A stretch of 64,000 nt of DNA from Mizuhopecten yessoensis (Eukaryota), in contig NW_018406970.1 of assembly GCF_002113885.1 (NCBI RefSeq), forward strand, positions 1,796,022-1,860,021, given 5' to 3'. The position numbers and the translations under genes are program-made. The notes below the pieces were generated by a model. It saw only the letters and a program-made list of their open reading frames with translations, had not been told where the DNA came from and made no database searches. This document shows, piece after piece, positions 35,328 to 48,279 of this stretch. The stretch's first letter is position 1, and the number at the start of each line of letters is the position of its first letter.

Positions 35328-35515
35328 TAACCCTTGTTGGCCAAGATGTTAGTGCGCACCCGGGGATCTTAAGTGGGAGAAAACCGGAGTACACGAAGAA
35401 AACCCATGTTGCAGTCGAACAGGTGATCCCGTGCATTTTCCTCGTGGGATAGGGGAATCGAACACCGGCTGCCTTTGTGAAAGGCGAGTGAGTTATCCAC
35501 TACGCCACCCAACCA
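35328..35515 (-). mobile_element. tRNA-derived SINE
   Basis: Homologous to 19975-20162. Confidence 0.7.
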
Positions 35516-36610
35516 ACTTACATTACCAATATAAACACTCAATAATTCTCTATAGACTTGTACTTAATTTTATCTAAATCGGACGAAAAGCAAAGTCAGG
35601 AAAATTAATAGGAAAACAGGTAAATCTGCACATAGAATCCAACGAGAAAATGGCGGAACGTGTACACACAGGTGCTTGACATACTAATATGAATTGTATA
35701 CACTATATATACTATTGGTCTATACTATTATATATTATAAACACTTCATATTAGTGTATCCAGCACCTGTGTATATAAATACCGCGCGTTGAGAGCTGTG
35801 ACATCCCTAAAGGCATAGATCTGACTTTCATAAACTCGTGTATGCAATAGTTTAATGGTCAACTATAGTTTTTACAAGGACCCAATCTTGATCTGACTTT
35901 TATGATAAAACCGTCGGAGTTTTCAATCAAGAAGCTATTAAAAAGAAAACAACATCTATCGTGATAATGAGTTTGAGCAGCACAGACTGTTCTGAAAGAA
36001 AGAAACTATAACCCGCCGGAACTTCAAATTATGTCCGAAATTTTTCCAAATTTCAACTTAGGGCAATACACAAATTACGACTTTCTTTTCTAAACTGCGT
36101 TATTTATTATCTTTAAACATGCAAAAGAAGAGTGAGCTTGAAGATCTCACTAGCCTTGAGGAATATCCACATGTCTCGAAAACGATGATACGTCGTGAAT
36201 TACAGAACATACCGATGACTCTTACAGCCATATCCATCATTGCGCCAGGCGACCCTAAGGCCATCACTGAGCTCGGACGCAAAACCAAGTTAGGCAAATA
36301 AATCACAGGTTTATTCCCGAGAAACATTCCTTCTTCAGAAATTTATGAATTCAACATTTATAAAAGGAGTTAAACGCGGTACCGTCTGCACAATCTTGAA
36401 TTAAAATACGTGACCATGAAACGATGCTGGCGCGTGCGGTTCCAGAATCGGTACAGATATTCTACTCTCGAAACTGCCCACTTCATTGCCTTGATATCTT
36501 GATATTATACATTAGTTTTACTTTTTATTCGTGTCTGAGTTGGTTGTGTCAACCTCAGACACGGTCGTCTGTTTATTTATGAGGATGTCTCGCGCAGGGC
36601 CAGGTGATAA

Positions 36611-36655
36611 ACGGAAGTACATTTATATTAATGACGTCATAGCGACGGGTATAAA
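36611..36655 (+). promoter_or_regulatory. Putative tyrosinase core promoter: ETS-like CGGAAGT, CRE TGACGTCA (36632-36639), TATAAA (36650-36655)
   Basis: Motifs lie ~80-120 bp upstream of ATG|GTAAGT at 36730-36738. Confidence 0.55.
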
Positions 36656-36729
36656 TTTGGCCACACAGGACGGCATCTGACATGGATACTCGACATAATT
36701 TACAGAAATGTGGTGTCGAATAGGGCGTT

Positions 36730-39700
36730 ATGGTAAGTCACGGTTGACGTTTTATTATTCCTTTAACGTTATTAATGAAATTCTAGACATTCCTGCCCGA
36801 GTAGACAATACTGTATCCATCGTGTTTAGAATCTGACAAGGGAGCAGATTGCACCTATATATATCCTGGCGTGAAGAGAGTAATATTGGGTGTGTTTAGA
36901 TCATTTCTTTTTGGTAAAATGGCAACACCTGTTATAGTATACAACATCCAAATAATATACCGTTATTCGGTGGGTGGGGGTGAAGATGAAATGACTAAAG
37001 GGGGGTGGGGGTGGGGGTGAAGATGAAATGATTAAAGGGGGGGGGGGGTGGGGGTGAAGATGAAATGACTAAAGGGGGGTGGGGGTGGGGGTGAAGATGA
37101 AATGATTAAAGGGGGGGGGGGGTGGGGGTGAAGATGAAATGACTAAAGGGGGGTGGGGGTGGGGGTGAAGATGAAATGATTAAAGGGGGGGGGGGGTGGG
37201 GGTGAAGATGAAATGATTAAAGGGGGGGGGGGGTGGGGGTGAAGATGAAATGACTAAAGGGGGGTGGGGGTGGGGGTGAAGATGAAATGATTAAAGGGGG
37301 GGGGGGGTGGGGGTGAAGATGAAATGACTAAAGGGTTTTGTCCGTAAAAACATGGAAGTCATTTATTTTTACTTTTGTAACAGAGGATATTATTTTATCA
37401 ATGACTCCGTTAGGAGTCGAACCCGGGACCTGTAATTAACTGGTCTGACGCCCTCCGAATGAGCTAAACAGAATCCACCGAAGATTTGTCAGTAAGAACT
37501 TCACGAAGCAGCTTCTATTTACACCAGAGTTACCTTTAGTAAGAAATAATTAACGATATTTTCTTTTGAAAATTGAAAGGATCCGTAAAAGGTATTAAAG
37601 ACATTGTATTATTTATATATTTGTTTTAGGTCTAAGTGAATAAAGTTCCCCACCTCCAAGAAAGAGAGCTCTTCACACGAGTTTTCCAGAGATAACAGCG
37701 TGGCTTGTCGGAGTATCGCAGAATATTTTTGTTAATATTTCCAGGGTCCCCATGTTAGTTGCTAATGTAACGGAGTTCAATATTTCCCGTCGGGTTTGAA
37801 CCCGGAACATTTGAATTACCAGTTTGATGCTCTGGCGATAATTCACCGCAGCCAAGTCGGTAGTAAACGTTTATAGAATAATTATGTTGTAAAGTTACAT
37901 ATTTCGTAAACTACTATTTCGGTTTGTTAAGTATATACCGTAAAAAAATCCAGAAATTCGGATACTTGTCCCAATGTAGGCTAAACACAGTAACCTCCCC
38001 TTAATGTCGTTATATTTTTCCATATATAACAGTAGTCTCGTTCAACCAGACTCTTGTTGCCACCGCAAGCTACGCCGAATAGAGAATTACAAGTGATCAA
38101 GCGTCTGGTTGAACGAGACTAATATAACAGTAGCGCGATTGGGCTTGTTCGTTGAAATGCGAAACAACCGGTTTGTCTGACGGACTTGCAAAATATTTAT
38201 GTAGGCCTTGCAAAGCTTTGTCAAGGCTTGCCTAGAAGGCAGTAGAAGCAGCATCAAATTACGTGGTTCGACCTTATTTCATAAACGAACAACTCTGGTC
38301 CAGCCGTTTGAATCGCGATAAACGAAAGCAGCCTATAATAGCTCAATGGGTTAGGGCGACGGTGTAACAGTTGGAAGTCATGGGTTTGAATCCATGGCCG
38401 TTCCTAATATTTTACACTAAAAATGCCGTTTTTTTTATATTTTATTTTTAATTGTTATTTTTTCATCTCTATTATTTTTAATAAAAGTTAAGGTATCGTT
38501 TTCTTGCCTGAACTGATTTTTCAAAGCGATAATCATGTCTAAAAATCAGTTTCTAATAAGTTTTAATATTATCTGTTGGTAATTTATTAGTCGACACTCA
38601 TTTTTATCTTGAAGAGTCGTGTTTCTGATCTTCCCCGATACAAACGGCACTAGTGAAACAAAAATACCAGAAGGAATGGAATTTACAAGGAGAAGGCAAT
38701 CGTGGCATGGGAAGTGTGAACATTAGAAAAGCAGAGTGTTATGAATAGTGGACAGTGCTACTAGTGCCGTCTGTGTCGGAGAAGATCACGACCACGCTAA
38801 ACTTAATTGAAAATATTAATTAATTTAAAAATTGCCATCTTGTATATATCTTTTATTATGTTATTGGGAAAGGGCTTTACATTAAAAATCCCTTTTGTAT
38901 ATTAGATGCAAATAAAAATATGTTTGAATCAATCAGTTTCCAACGCGTAGTTACATGTTTTTAGCAATATGGGAAAATATTCATGAACTCCCTTCCTATC
39001 ACATGACCAGTGTTCTCTTGTTTACTTCCTTCCTTAGCCTGGATCTCTACGTCACAGTCTTGTGTGGGCTGTGACATTGTGCCTGTCCATTGCTTCCGCG
39101 GTCTACATTCGACCTGTTGTTTTTCCGAACGGGACTGTAGGAGTCGAGGTCATAGAGACAGACGACAGAATAGTCACCCCCGGGGATGCCACTAATTCCG
39201 AGGGACAGGAAATCGACATGGAAGCTTTTGAGTTCCCGCTTACAAAACAAGATGTGGAGTGGCTAAGTTCCTTACTGCGCCTGCCGGAAACAGGCGAGTT
39301 ACGGATCAGGAAAGAGTACCGTGTCTTGACGGACGAAGAAAGGCGCGATTTCCACCAGGCACTTAATATTCTCAAAAATGATACGGTTAGTCATCCTTGA
39401 CATTTTAAGCAGGGAATAAAGTAAGGTATACATCCTCGATACTCTGGGAGTTATGCTCACTTTCGCTCTGTGCAGAGAGCGAATGTTAGCGTAACTCCAT
39501 CCTCGACATCCAGAGGTTACGCTCACCTTCGCTCAAGCGTAAGTGAGCGTAACCCCTGGAGTATCGAGAATGGCGTAACTCCTGGTATAGGGCATTCAAC
39601 GAAGGCTTCATACTTCAGAGTATTATAGGGAGTAGATGAAGACAGGTTTTTTGACATCTTGAAATATAAATGTTCTGGTGTGACGTCAGACATCTCTCAG

Positions 39701-42672
39701 TAAAATGTCAAAAGATTGTTGTTTTGGGCCAAACAGAACTTTGGATGGAAGTGATAACCTCGATATTATCTCCCGTTGCAATGGTGAACGTGAGAAACAT
39801 ACACGATCGCACATATACAATTTAGTAACATATATAACATGCCAAAAATGAATGACACTGCACCATATTACGGAAGCCCATTTGTGTCATGTCCTTGCGT
39901 CGTCATGAAAAGACGAGATGACGTAAATTTTAATTCTAGTTGTTGAGAAAAGACGAACAATGAGAATGAAGGTTTGCTAAGTCTGATCTTTACGTGGCGA
40001 ATCAGGCACCGTGCCATACAGCTGTTTCGTCCTGCAAGGACTCATCGGTGAGGCTGGGGAACCAAAATATATAAATCATAATTGGTCTAAACTGTTAAAA
40101 CAGACGGGGACGTGCATAAATCCCCTTAATCATATGAATTTATAAAAAGTGTATACATATTCCCGTAGTACTACCCACATCTCATCAGCAAGATGATTTC
40201 ATGTCAGTAAGACGCATATATTCGTTTCAATAAAACACATATCCTCGTCAATCAGACTTGCATTTCCGTTTTACCAACATCACATTTTCCTTCAATATAA
40301 CATTTGTGTTGCAGTCTGTGAGCCTCAACAAATATGATCTCTTGGCCAATATCCATTCTCGATCGTCTGCGAACAAAGCTGCGCACGCAGGCCCGGGATT
40401 CCTCGGATGGCACCGAGTTTTCTTACTGATGTAAGTGTGCATTCATTTTGAAAACATTCTTCAAAGTACTGAAAGTGACATTATACCTTCAATGTGTTAA
40501 GCATTGTGATAATTTATAATAATTTATAAAATAAATCCTATCTTTCAATTCAAATTACAATATACATGTATATATATTGTACAATATAAAAAAAAACTGC
40601 ATGTAACTGTAGTAAAATGTGATTATGAAAAAAAGTTGAATATTTTTTTTGATATATATTGTAAAAGTGGAAAATTTCGCGTCTTTTGTATTGAGCAAAT
40701 TAGCACGAACATATCTGCACGCGAATATTTATTAATATATTATAGATACATAGAATACAAAATGTTTATAGATTCCATAACCATTTGAAACGAAAATTCT
40801 AATACCACAAACAGTTTAAGAGTCGCAACGCGAACGTTTTCACCCGCGAAAAAATCCGCTTTTGCAGTATGTCCTCCGCTTCTACCACTGAACTAGTTTG
40901 ACTCTCTCATCCGTATATATGTATGCATGTCTGTTTGTTATGGGACCGTGCTTCCAATGGCGTCTTCTTACCCAGACACAGTTATTCTCCATTCCGGGTC
41001 ACTGGAATGAGCAATAAGGGTTAAAAAGGGTTTAAAAGATGCTTGCTAAATGACAAAATCCTTTGCGCCGACAGAGACCTCGAACGCAATGTACTATGAT
41101 CCCTGGCATTTAGGGAGAGATTGCAACAATCAATATGTTTTCGAAAATTTGGTCAACCTGCAGTCTATTAAATGAATCTCTGAAGATATTCATTATAAAA
41201 TATATTTTCCCATTTATTAATGCAGGCTTCATCACAATGCGCCTCAGGTTACGGATTGTATAGTATAAACTCGTAAGAGGCGACTTATATGACACCTTCA
41301 GCATCGTTTTCCTTCTTCTTTTTGTGCTGCTAACAGGACATCGAAGGAACAAGACCTGATCCGCTGACCTCATTACAACACTTGGAACCTTTTATCCTTC
41401 CTTTTATCTTCTGTCATTTTTTCACTTCCGTAGTTTGTCCCGTGGCACCCGTCTTCACAAACTCCAGCGAGTAATCTTCATTTCTCATTTGATTGGAAAA
41501 GACAAAAAATACACTGCGGTAATTTTTGCGCCGTTGCTTGTAAAATTAATATATTTATAAGTAATATGTATATTTTAAATATCTTCGGGACTAAATCTGG
41601 GGTAAATTAAACTGATCAATGATTGAACTTATTTGTTTATTTCAGGGTGGAGAACGCGCTGAGGCAGGCCTGTCCAAACGTAACCATACCGTATTGGGAT
41701 GTCACGCTTGACCAACGAATGGACAAGCCGTACCAGTCGGTCATCTGGTCTGGGGACTTTCTGGGAACAGGTCATGGTCCAGTGTTCGATGGTCCATTCA
41801 AGCACTGGGAAACTCCGTTTGACTTTGGCCACCTAGAGCGCCTTGTTTCGGCACAGGGACGCCTGCTTTCCGACGCGGACATCAAAAGGATCATGTCTCA
41901 GAAAAGGCTGGGTGAAATCAGTTATTTTTCTGCTAGCTCAAATACCAACTTAGAGGCGCTCCACAACAGAGTACATGTATGGGTTGGTGGTCAGATGAGA
42001 AAGATTGAAATAGGTGCATTCGATCCCATTTTTTATCTCCTCCATTCATTTGTTGACAAGATTTGGGAGGACTTCCGGTTACACCAGAGGACAGAAGGCG
42101 TCGATCCTCAAAAGGATTTTCCCGAGTTTTACGGGAGAGCAGGTCACGCTCCTCTAGCTCCTATGGGTTTAGGCAGTCTCGGTGTATTAGACGGTCTCAG
42201 TGACGTATGGGGTCACGGGGTGCAGTATCGACCACGACCCACGTGCAAAGCGACCACAACGAATTCCATCTGTGATTCTCCTTATCTTAAATGTAACTCC
42301 AAATATTTCTGTGTTTCTATTTCCAAAACCGATACCATGGTTTCTATTAGTACGTCAATTCAAGAGAAAGTTGAATCTGAAAACATGAGCAATCGGATCA
42401 CGATGAACCAAGAAAATCTGTCCGGTGGCAATAATTCGTCTACTTCCGGTACACGTATCTTTAACAATTCAAGAATTATTGATGAACACGAGCCCGAAAC
42501 TGTCAAAGATGTAAACAGCGGTAATACGTCACAGGGCACAATTAATATAACTGCACGTGATTACCACCGATACATACTCCAATTTAACATGTACACTGAT
42601 AAATTCCACTCATTAAGTCATCCATTACCTCACAACTACCAATATCCATCACTCGAAATATTCGACTTATAG
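36730..42672 (+). CDS. Secreted tyrosinase-like type-3 copper protein (~497 aa); exons 36730-36732, 39038-39385, 40315-40430, 41646-42672
   Basis: Signal peptide (LVWAVTLCLSIASA), RIRKEYRVLTDEER, CuA H..AH.GPGFLGWHR, IPYWD, CuB LHNRVHVWVGG..DPIFYLLHSFVDKIW and a Cys-rich CxxxxxxxxCDSPYLKC motif. Splice phases 0/0/2 are consistent. The ATG-only first exon is less certain. Confidence 0.88.
36970..37335. repeat. G-rich ~37-bp minisatellite (~10 copies) in tyrosinase intron 1
   Basis: Unit GGGGTGAAGATGAAATGA(C/T)TAAAGGGGGG(T/G)GGGGGTG. Confidence 0.92.
37376..37533 (-). mobile_element. Solo tRNA-containing LTR of the 269-777 family
   Basis: TGTAACAGAGG..TAGGAGTCGAACCCGGGACC..GAATGAGCTAAA..CCAGAGTTAC, with 4-bp TSD CTTT at 37372-37375 and 37534-37537 (terminal A lost). 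Confidence 0.7.
38033..38121. mobile_element. 89-bp Mutator-like MITE with 9-bp TSD
   Basis: TIR TAGTCTCGTTCAACCAGAC/GTCTGGTTGAACGAGACTA; TSD ATATAACAG at 38024-38032 and 38122-38130. Confidence 0.85.
39431..39590. mobile_element. Two nested Mutator-like MITEs (CATCCTCGA family) in tyrosinase intron 2
   Basis: Inner copy 39498-39572 is flanked by the 9-bp TSD GCGTAACTC inside the right TIR of an outer copy starting at 39431. Confidence 0.75.
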
Positions 42673-43312
42673 TATACAAATTACTCATCAATACAGCATT
42701 TTGCAGATTCAAACATGTGGCATGTAAGCTTACTTTAAATTAATTTAATTTGATTTTTTCAGAAATTGCAACATAACCATAGAAAAGAAAATATGTACTA
42801 ACGTAATCATCTAACGGTTGAACAGTAATTGTCTCGTTGGAACTGTAGCAGCCAGGGAATACGAGTGGGAAATGCTACCTTATCACCTTGGGGCTCGCTC
42901 ACTAATTAAGCATCATTGAGGATGGATTTGTGAAAGGGACAAAGTCCGATTTTAACAGCCCATCACCTGATGATGCTGGACTTAAAACGAGAGAAAGTTT
43001 TATCATTTTCTTAAGGTTTAAGATAACAGTGAAACACTATTCGACTTCTCAGGAACATCCGTGTCAAACTAAATTTGTTAAATATTGAATATTTAGATAT
43101 AAAGTGAATTTCTTTAACACTTTCAACAGAAATTTTGGCGACAAATAATAAAGTATTTTCTACTTTGACTGCAATGAATGAATCTTCTGGGAATTTCCGT
43201 GCCGAACATCTGCATCCTGGTTCAAAGTCTTTAAATATATATATATTAATGATTTTTTTAACCACTTTCAACAAAACTAACGAACGCCGCAAATAAGTCT
43301 TCAAAACTCAAT

Positions 43313-43916
43313 GGGTTACGCTCACTTTCGCTCTCTGCACCCCTGAAATATGTCATTGCAAAAACACTTACCAATCGCTAGGTTGATGCCTGTCCTTTGA
43401 AAATTACAGAGAAGGGACAGCCGACTTCAAAGCCAGTCGGTTTTACCGTTACGGGGCCGACATCAAACTAGTCTTATCGTCTCATCGTACGAGTTTGCCA
43501 CGACATATATAGGTCCATGAGAGGGAAACGGGAACTACGCATAGACATGGATCCATCATCCTTGATATCCAGGGCTTCCGCTCACTTTCGCTCTCTGCAC
43601 CCCTGTAATATGTCATAGCAAAATTGAAAGCTCAAGTGTTCGCCACCTTGTTGATGAGACAAGAAGACTAGTTCGATCCTTTGATGTACATCAAAAGAAT
43701 CTCGCGGTCACGTAACGGTAAAAAAATGACAGGCTTTGAAGTCGGTTGTCTCTACTTTGTAATCTTCAAAGGACAGATATCAATCAGCCTAGCGATTGGT
43801 CAGTATTTTTTTCCTGAGACAGATCAAACAGCTATCTTCGTGCCTTCAATTTTGTTATGACATATTCCAGTGGTGTAGATAGCAAAAGTGAGCGTAACCC
43901 CTGGCTATCGAGGATT
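43313..43916. mobile_element. Longer Mutator-like MITE copies of the CATCCTCGA family (partial 43313-43505, complete 43557-43916)
   Basis: TIR GGTTACGCTCACTTTCGCTCTCTGCACCCCTG; internal segments of the two copies are inverted relative to each other; degenerate TSD TGGATCCAT/TGGATTTAT. Confidence 0.7.
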
Positions 43917-44090
43917 TGGATTTATGGACTACAGTCTATCCGCATCTGAAGAGCAGTCTGACTTTGGGGCATGACCTGGACGGGTCTAGGACTTTATGAA
44001 TTACAAGAGGGTCTGGTAAGCGACCATTTACCCCTGGCACCGGCCGAACAAAGACCATCGTCAGTTAAGGAAGACCAAACCAGAGCGAAA

Positions 44091-44293
44091 GTGAGCGTAA
44101 CCACTGGGGTATCGAGGATGACGTCAATCAAGTGAGCGTAACCACTGGGGTATCAAGGATGACGTCAATCAAGTGAGGTAACCACTGGAGTATCGAGGAT
44201 GACGTCAATCAAGTGAGGTAACCACTGGAATATCGAGGATGACGTCAATCAAGTGAGCGTAACCACTGGGGTATCGAGGATGACGTCAATCAA
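44091..44293. repeat. 5 x 40-41-bp tandem repeat of a MITE end plus flank, each unit containing TGACGTCA
   Basis: GTGAG(C)GTAACCACTGGRRTATCGAGGATGACGTCAATCAA repeated five times. Confidence 0.9.
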
Positions 44294-44899
44294 GTCGACT
44301 ACACAAGCTAACAAAGAATCCAACAAAGAGTTGCTTATACAGCACTTTAATTGTCAGAGTCACATGTCATGTCCGACATACATATTGATGTATTGAGCAG
44401 GTAAAGAGCGTACTATATACAACTAGTCATATACCATGATCAGTATGCATAAATATACAACATATATCTCAAGCATTATTAAGTCATAAATAGGCATAGA
44501 GACACTCGCTTCAGTTAACTACAGTAAACTGTTGGCTACATTTGAGTATGGACATCTGAAACATACGTCAGAGTAATCTCTAATTTAACAGTTTTAATTC
44601 GGGATAGAAAGAGCGTGCAACAAACAACTGGTCTATATCTTCATCCGTATCCATGTACATCCTTCTGTCACTCCAACACCAGATAGCTCCTCGCTGTCAC
44701 AGTAGTACTATATATCTTTTCAAGTCATGATGACACCAAATTAGGTAGACAAAAATTTGATTTGATGAAAGATATCACTATTTTTTAAAAGTCCTAGTTT
44801 CAATATATCTAATCTGTTAATAAACTGTAAACAGAGGACATTTTCAGTGTTGGAAATGTTTTACGTACTGAGTAAATGATCATGAAAGTATTCACATTT

Positions 44900-45150
44900 C
44901 ATGTCACAAAAAAATAATCACCACAAGAGTGATGATGTCACAGACAAGTCGCCCAAAGAGTGGTGATGTCACAGACGAGTCATCTCAAAAGTGGTGATGT
45001 CACAGAGAAGACATCTCCAAAGTAATGATGTCACAGACAAATCGCCTCCAGATTGATGACGACGCAGACAGGTCGCCACCAAATTGATGATGTCACAGAC
45101 AATTACCTTCAGAGTGTTGATGTCATAGACAAGTCGCCACCAGAGTGTCC
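44900..45150. repeat. Degenerate ~30-bp minisatellite
   Basis: Recurring GTGATGATGTCACAGACAAGTCGCC. Confidence 0.75.
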
Positions 45151-45552
45151 ATTCAGACATTACTTAGGCTATACCATATTTTACCGCAAATAAGCCCCCT
45201 CCCCACTTTGGTAAATGTCCTGGGAACAGGGTGGGTGCCTGCAGTTAAGCCCCCTCCCTAATTTTGTCTCCATCACAAAACAAAATGTATGTCAATTTTT
45301 GTCTCTGACATAAGCAAGTTAGCTAAATGGATGCAAAACAACATAAACCCAAGTTTAAATACTACAAATAACTTTGTTTCTGAATTAGGCACAATAGTAA
45401 ATAGCATGTAGTGACATGTACTCTTTACTGAGTACTGTGATTCTGTATTGTGTTTTTAATAAAGAATTATGTATTCATCAGTGAATGACTGAACACAATT
45501 GGTTAATGTCAGATCTACCATATTACAGGAAGGAATAAGCATTTGTCCAAAC

Positions 45553-45906
45553 TAATAATAACAATAATTTGAGGTTCTTATATACCGCCATTTCACAACC
45601 TAGTTTTGTAGGTCGTCTTAAAACGGTTCACAAATTAGTATCCATGGTTATAGGGCCTTTGCAACCTGCCAATATCTTTCTCAACTCCCTGGGGAGCATA
45701 CAGCCAGTGCTGCCATTTCGGCGCTCACAGCTAGCATTCTACGATTCTAGCACTGCCCAACCACATACTCATTTACAGCTGAGTAGATTGGAACAAGCGG
45801 AGTAAAGGATCTTGCTCAAAGATACAACACTGTGCCGTGCAGTGACTCGAACCCGCAACCCTTCGGTCACGAGCTCGGTTTCCTACCAGGTGACTACCAT
45901 GTCTCC
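45553..45906 (-). mobile_element. tRNA-derived SINE with CORE/Deu-like central domain and (ATT)n tail
   Basis: - strand B box GGGTTCGAGTC, GTGTTGTATCTTTGAGCAAGA, CAGCTGTAAATGAG, GGCTGTATGCTCCCCAGGGAGTTG and ATT tail. Confidence 0.65.
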
Positions 45907-48279
45907 GAAACTAAACCATCCTAAGTGGAATTTCATCACTTACAATAATTCTTATTTGATTCATGAATATCACAATAACACAAACTTCACTGGCCATTTT
46001 TGGGGATAACATGTATAGTCAACTTAATCTATATGCCATAAGCAAGAGAGAAAATCGAACAGGAACTCTTAACCAACACAAATAGTGAGCACCAATGGAA
46101 GGCCTTGTAATATCTCTCATTTGGTCAGCACCAATGGGAGGCCTTGTTACTCTCAGCTCCAGAATCTTCTCAAAACAGTCGGATTCTTTTGAAAGGACAT
46201 CTTGATCATCAGCATTTTATATTTTAACAGTTCTATTATTGTTGTGTAGAAATTAGAAAATCAATGGAAAAAGTGTTAAAAGACTTTTTAGCAATGTGCA
46301 AGTTTAAATATTCCATGAGATTATTCCATTAAGCTTAATTTGGAGAGTAATAGTGAATGATTACAAGGTACCGGTTTTAAATTTGATAAGGCATATTTGT
46401 TTTATATGCAGTGGTAGGCAACAACATTGTCAATCAGGTACTTAAGAATTATACTTTGGACAAAACTATGCTAAAAACATTATGTTTTTTTATTTTTCAT
46501 TTTTTTTATTTTTTACATGTAGTTAGTTAACAATCACCGGTAAAAGACAAAGGGAAATTCTCACTTCAATATTTATAGGTGTCACTATCAAATAATGGAG
46601 ACTAAATACTGATTATTTTTATAATGTATGTCACAAAAAAAATGCCATATTTCAACTTTCATCCTCTGAAATATCAGTATATTTATAATGACAAAGCTTG
46701 GCATACATGTTGGTACACCTGATGAATATAAAATTCTAAATGTTACATGGCGGAATTGATTTGTGGTAAATTGAATCTGCTTTTTCAATATGAAGGCGAG
46801 TAATTTTAGTTAAGTGACAGAACATACAATCCTACAACTGCTTATACAACACTGCACAAATAAACTTTAAAAAAAAATAAAAAAAATAAAAGTTATAAAA
46901 GGACAGTACCAGATTACCTCCCCTTGTAAAATGCTATCACTTTATATTTTGTGTCGGTAATTGTAGATGAACTTATTGTACACAGTAACATTCAATCAAC
47001 TTACAATTAGTAAAATGAGGCAACACACCATACTGGACTAGGGCTCGCATTAACAATCGTCAAATGGCAACACTTTTTAAAATTATTTGTGACAAAAAGT
47101 TCAACTTGGCGTCGCACAATGTTCAGAACAAAACCAATTGGCGACGCAGAATTTTTTCTAATGTGAGCCCAGCTTGACCATTCATTGTGATGCCATCCAC
47201 GTCCAATTCTATGTTCAACTATTGAAAACCGTTTTTTCAATCATTGACGAACATCGGAGTCAAGACTTTTACAAGACCAGATGGTTTTGTATCTTCAATT
47301 TCCCAGCAGCAGCGATAGTTATTCTACACATAACACATTTCATCTGGCAAATTATATGAAAGTAGATGTTTAATTTCTGGCTTTTGTAAGAAAGAGATTG
47401 ATAGAAAATTAAAATACGTACGATATTTTGTTTGATATATTGTTGAATTCTTACAAGCACAACATACATCTGGCATTTTGAATAACCTAAAGGGAGGTAA
47501 TCCAGTCGTGTTCCACGAGAACACTTATTGTCCTTTATTTTAAATTAAATATCGGCGTGAATGCTTCTTTAATTACAACTTTTAAAGATAAGCATTAACA
47601 TGACAATATGTTTGAAGCTTGTCACTATTTTATTTCTTCATAATCATTAATATAATATCGTTCTTACCTTGTACCATCAAGGAAATTAAAATGAATATAA
47701 TTTTCAATGATCAGCACAATATAAGCACTACTATTTTTGCACATGTTTGCTTTCTCATTATAATATATGGGTAATTGTTGAACAGCTTATACTTGCATAC
47801 ATGGAACAACCAAGTTCATTCACTGAAAAATTTCTCATATCATAAGAAGACAGCGGTAAGGACTGTGAAATCAGATATTTTTGTGGGGCCCTAATTTTGT
47901 GATTTCCCCGACATACCACCATTTTGTGGGTACATGAACTTGTGGATTACGAGTACCCACTCCAATGGGAGATCGGCTTTACATCAAACTTGTAATTACT
48001 TTGTGGACCTATGAATTCGTGGAGGAAGATTAGGTACCCACAATTTCAGCGAAATTAAAAAACCCACGAAAATAAGTGGCCTCTTAGAGCTTGCAATAAG
48101 ATAGATATATAGATTTGTTCATTATGAGGCAAGAGTGGGAACAATGTAAATTATATGTAAATGTGGCATGTGTCCCCACATCAATGAATAAAAAATAAAA
48201 AAATAAAAATGCACTAATTCAATGAAGTTGTAATGCATTTCTACAGTATCTGACAAACGCGTGGACTCGGACGTAATAA

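Noticed and set aside
36100-36327. Short ORFs on both strands between the RRM gene and tyrosinase
   Set aside because: No motif or convincing splice connection
44091-44293. CRISPR-like array
   Set aside because: Head-to-tail units with no unique spacers, no cas genes, eukaryotic context; the same applies to 54723-54957 and 36970-37335
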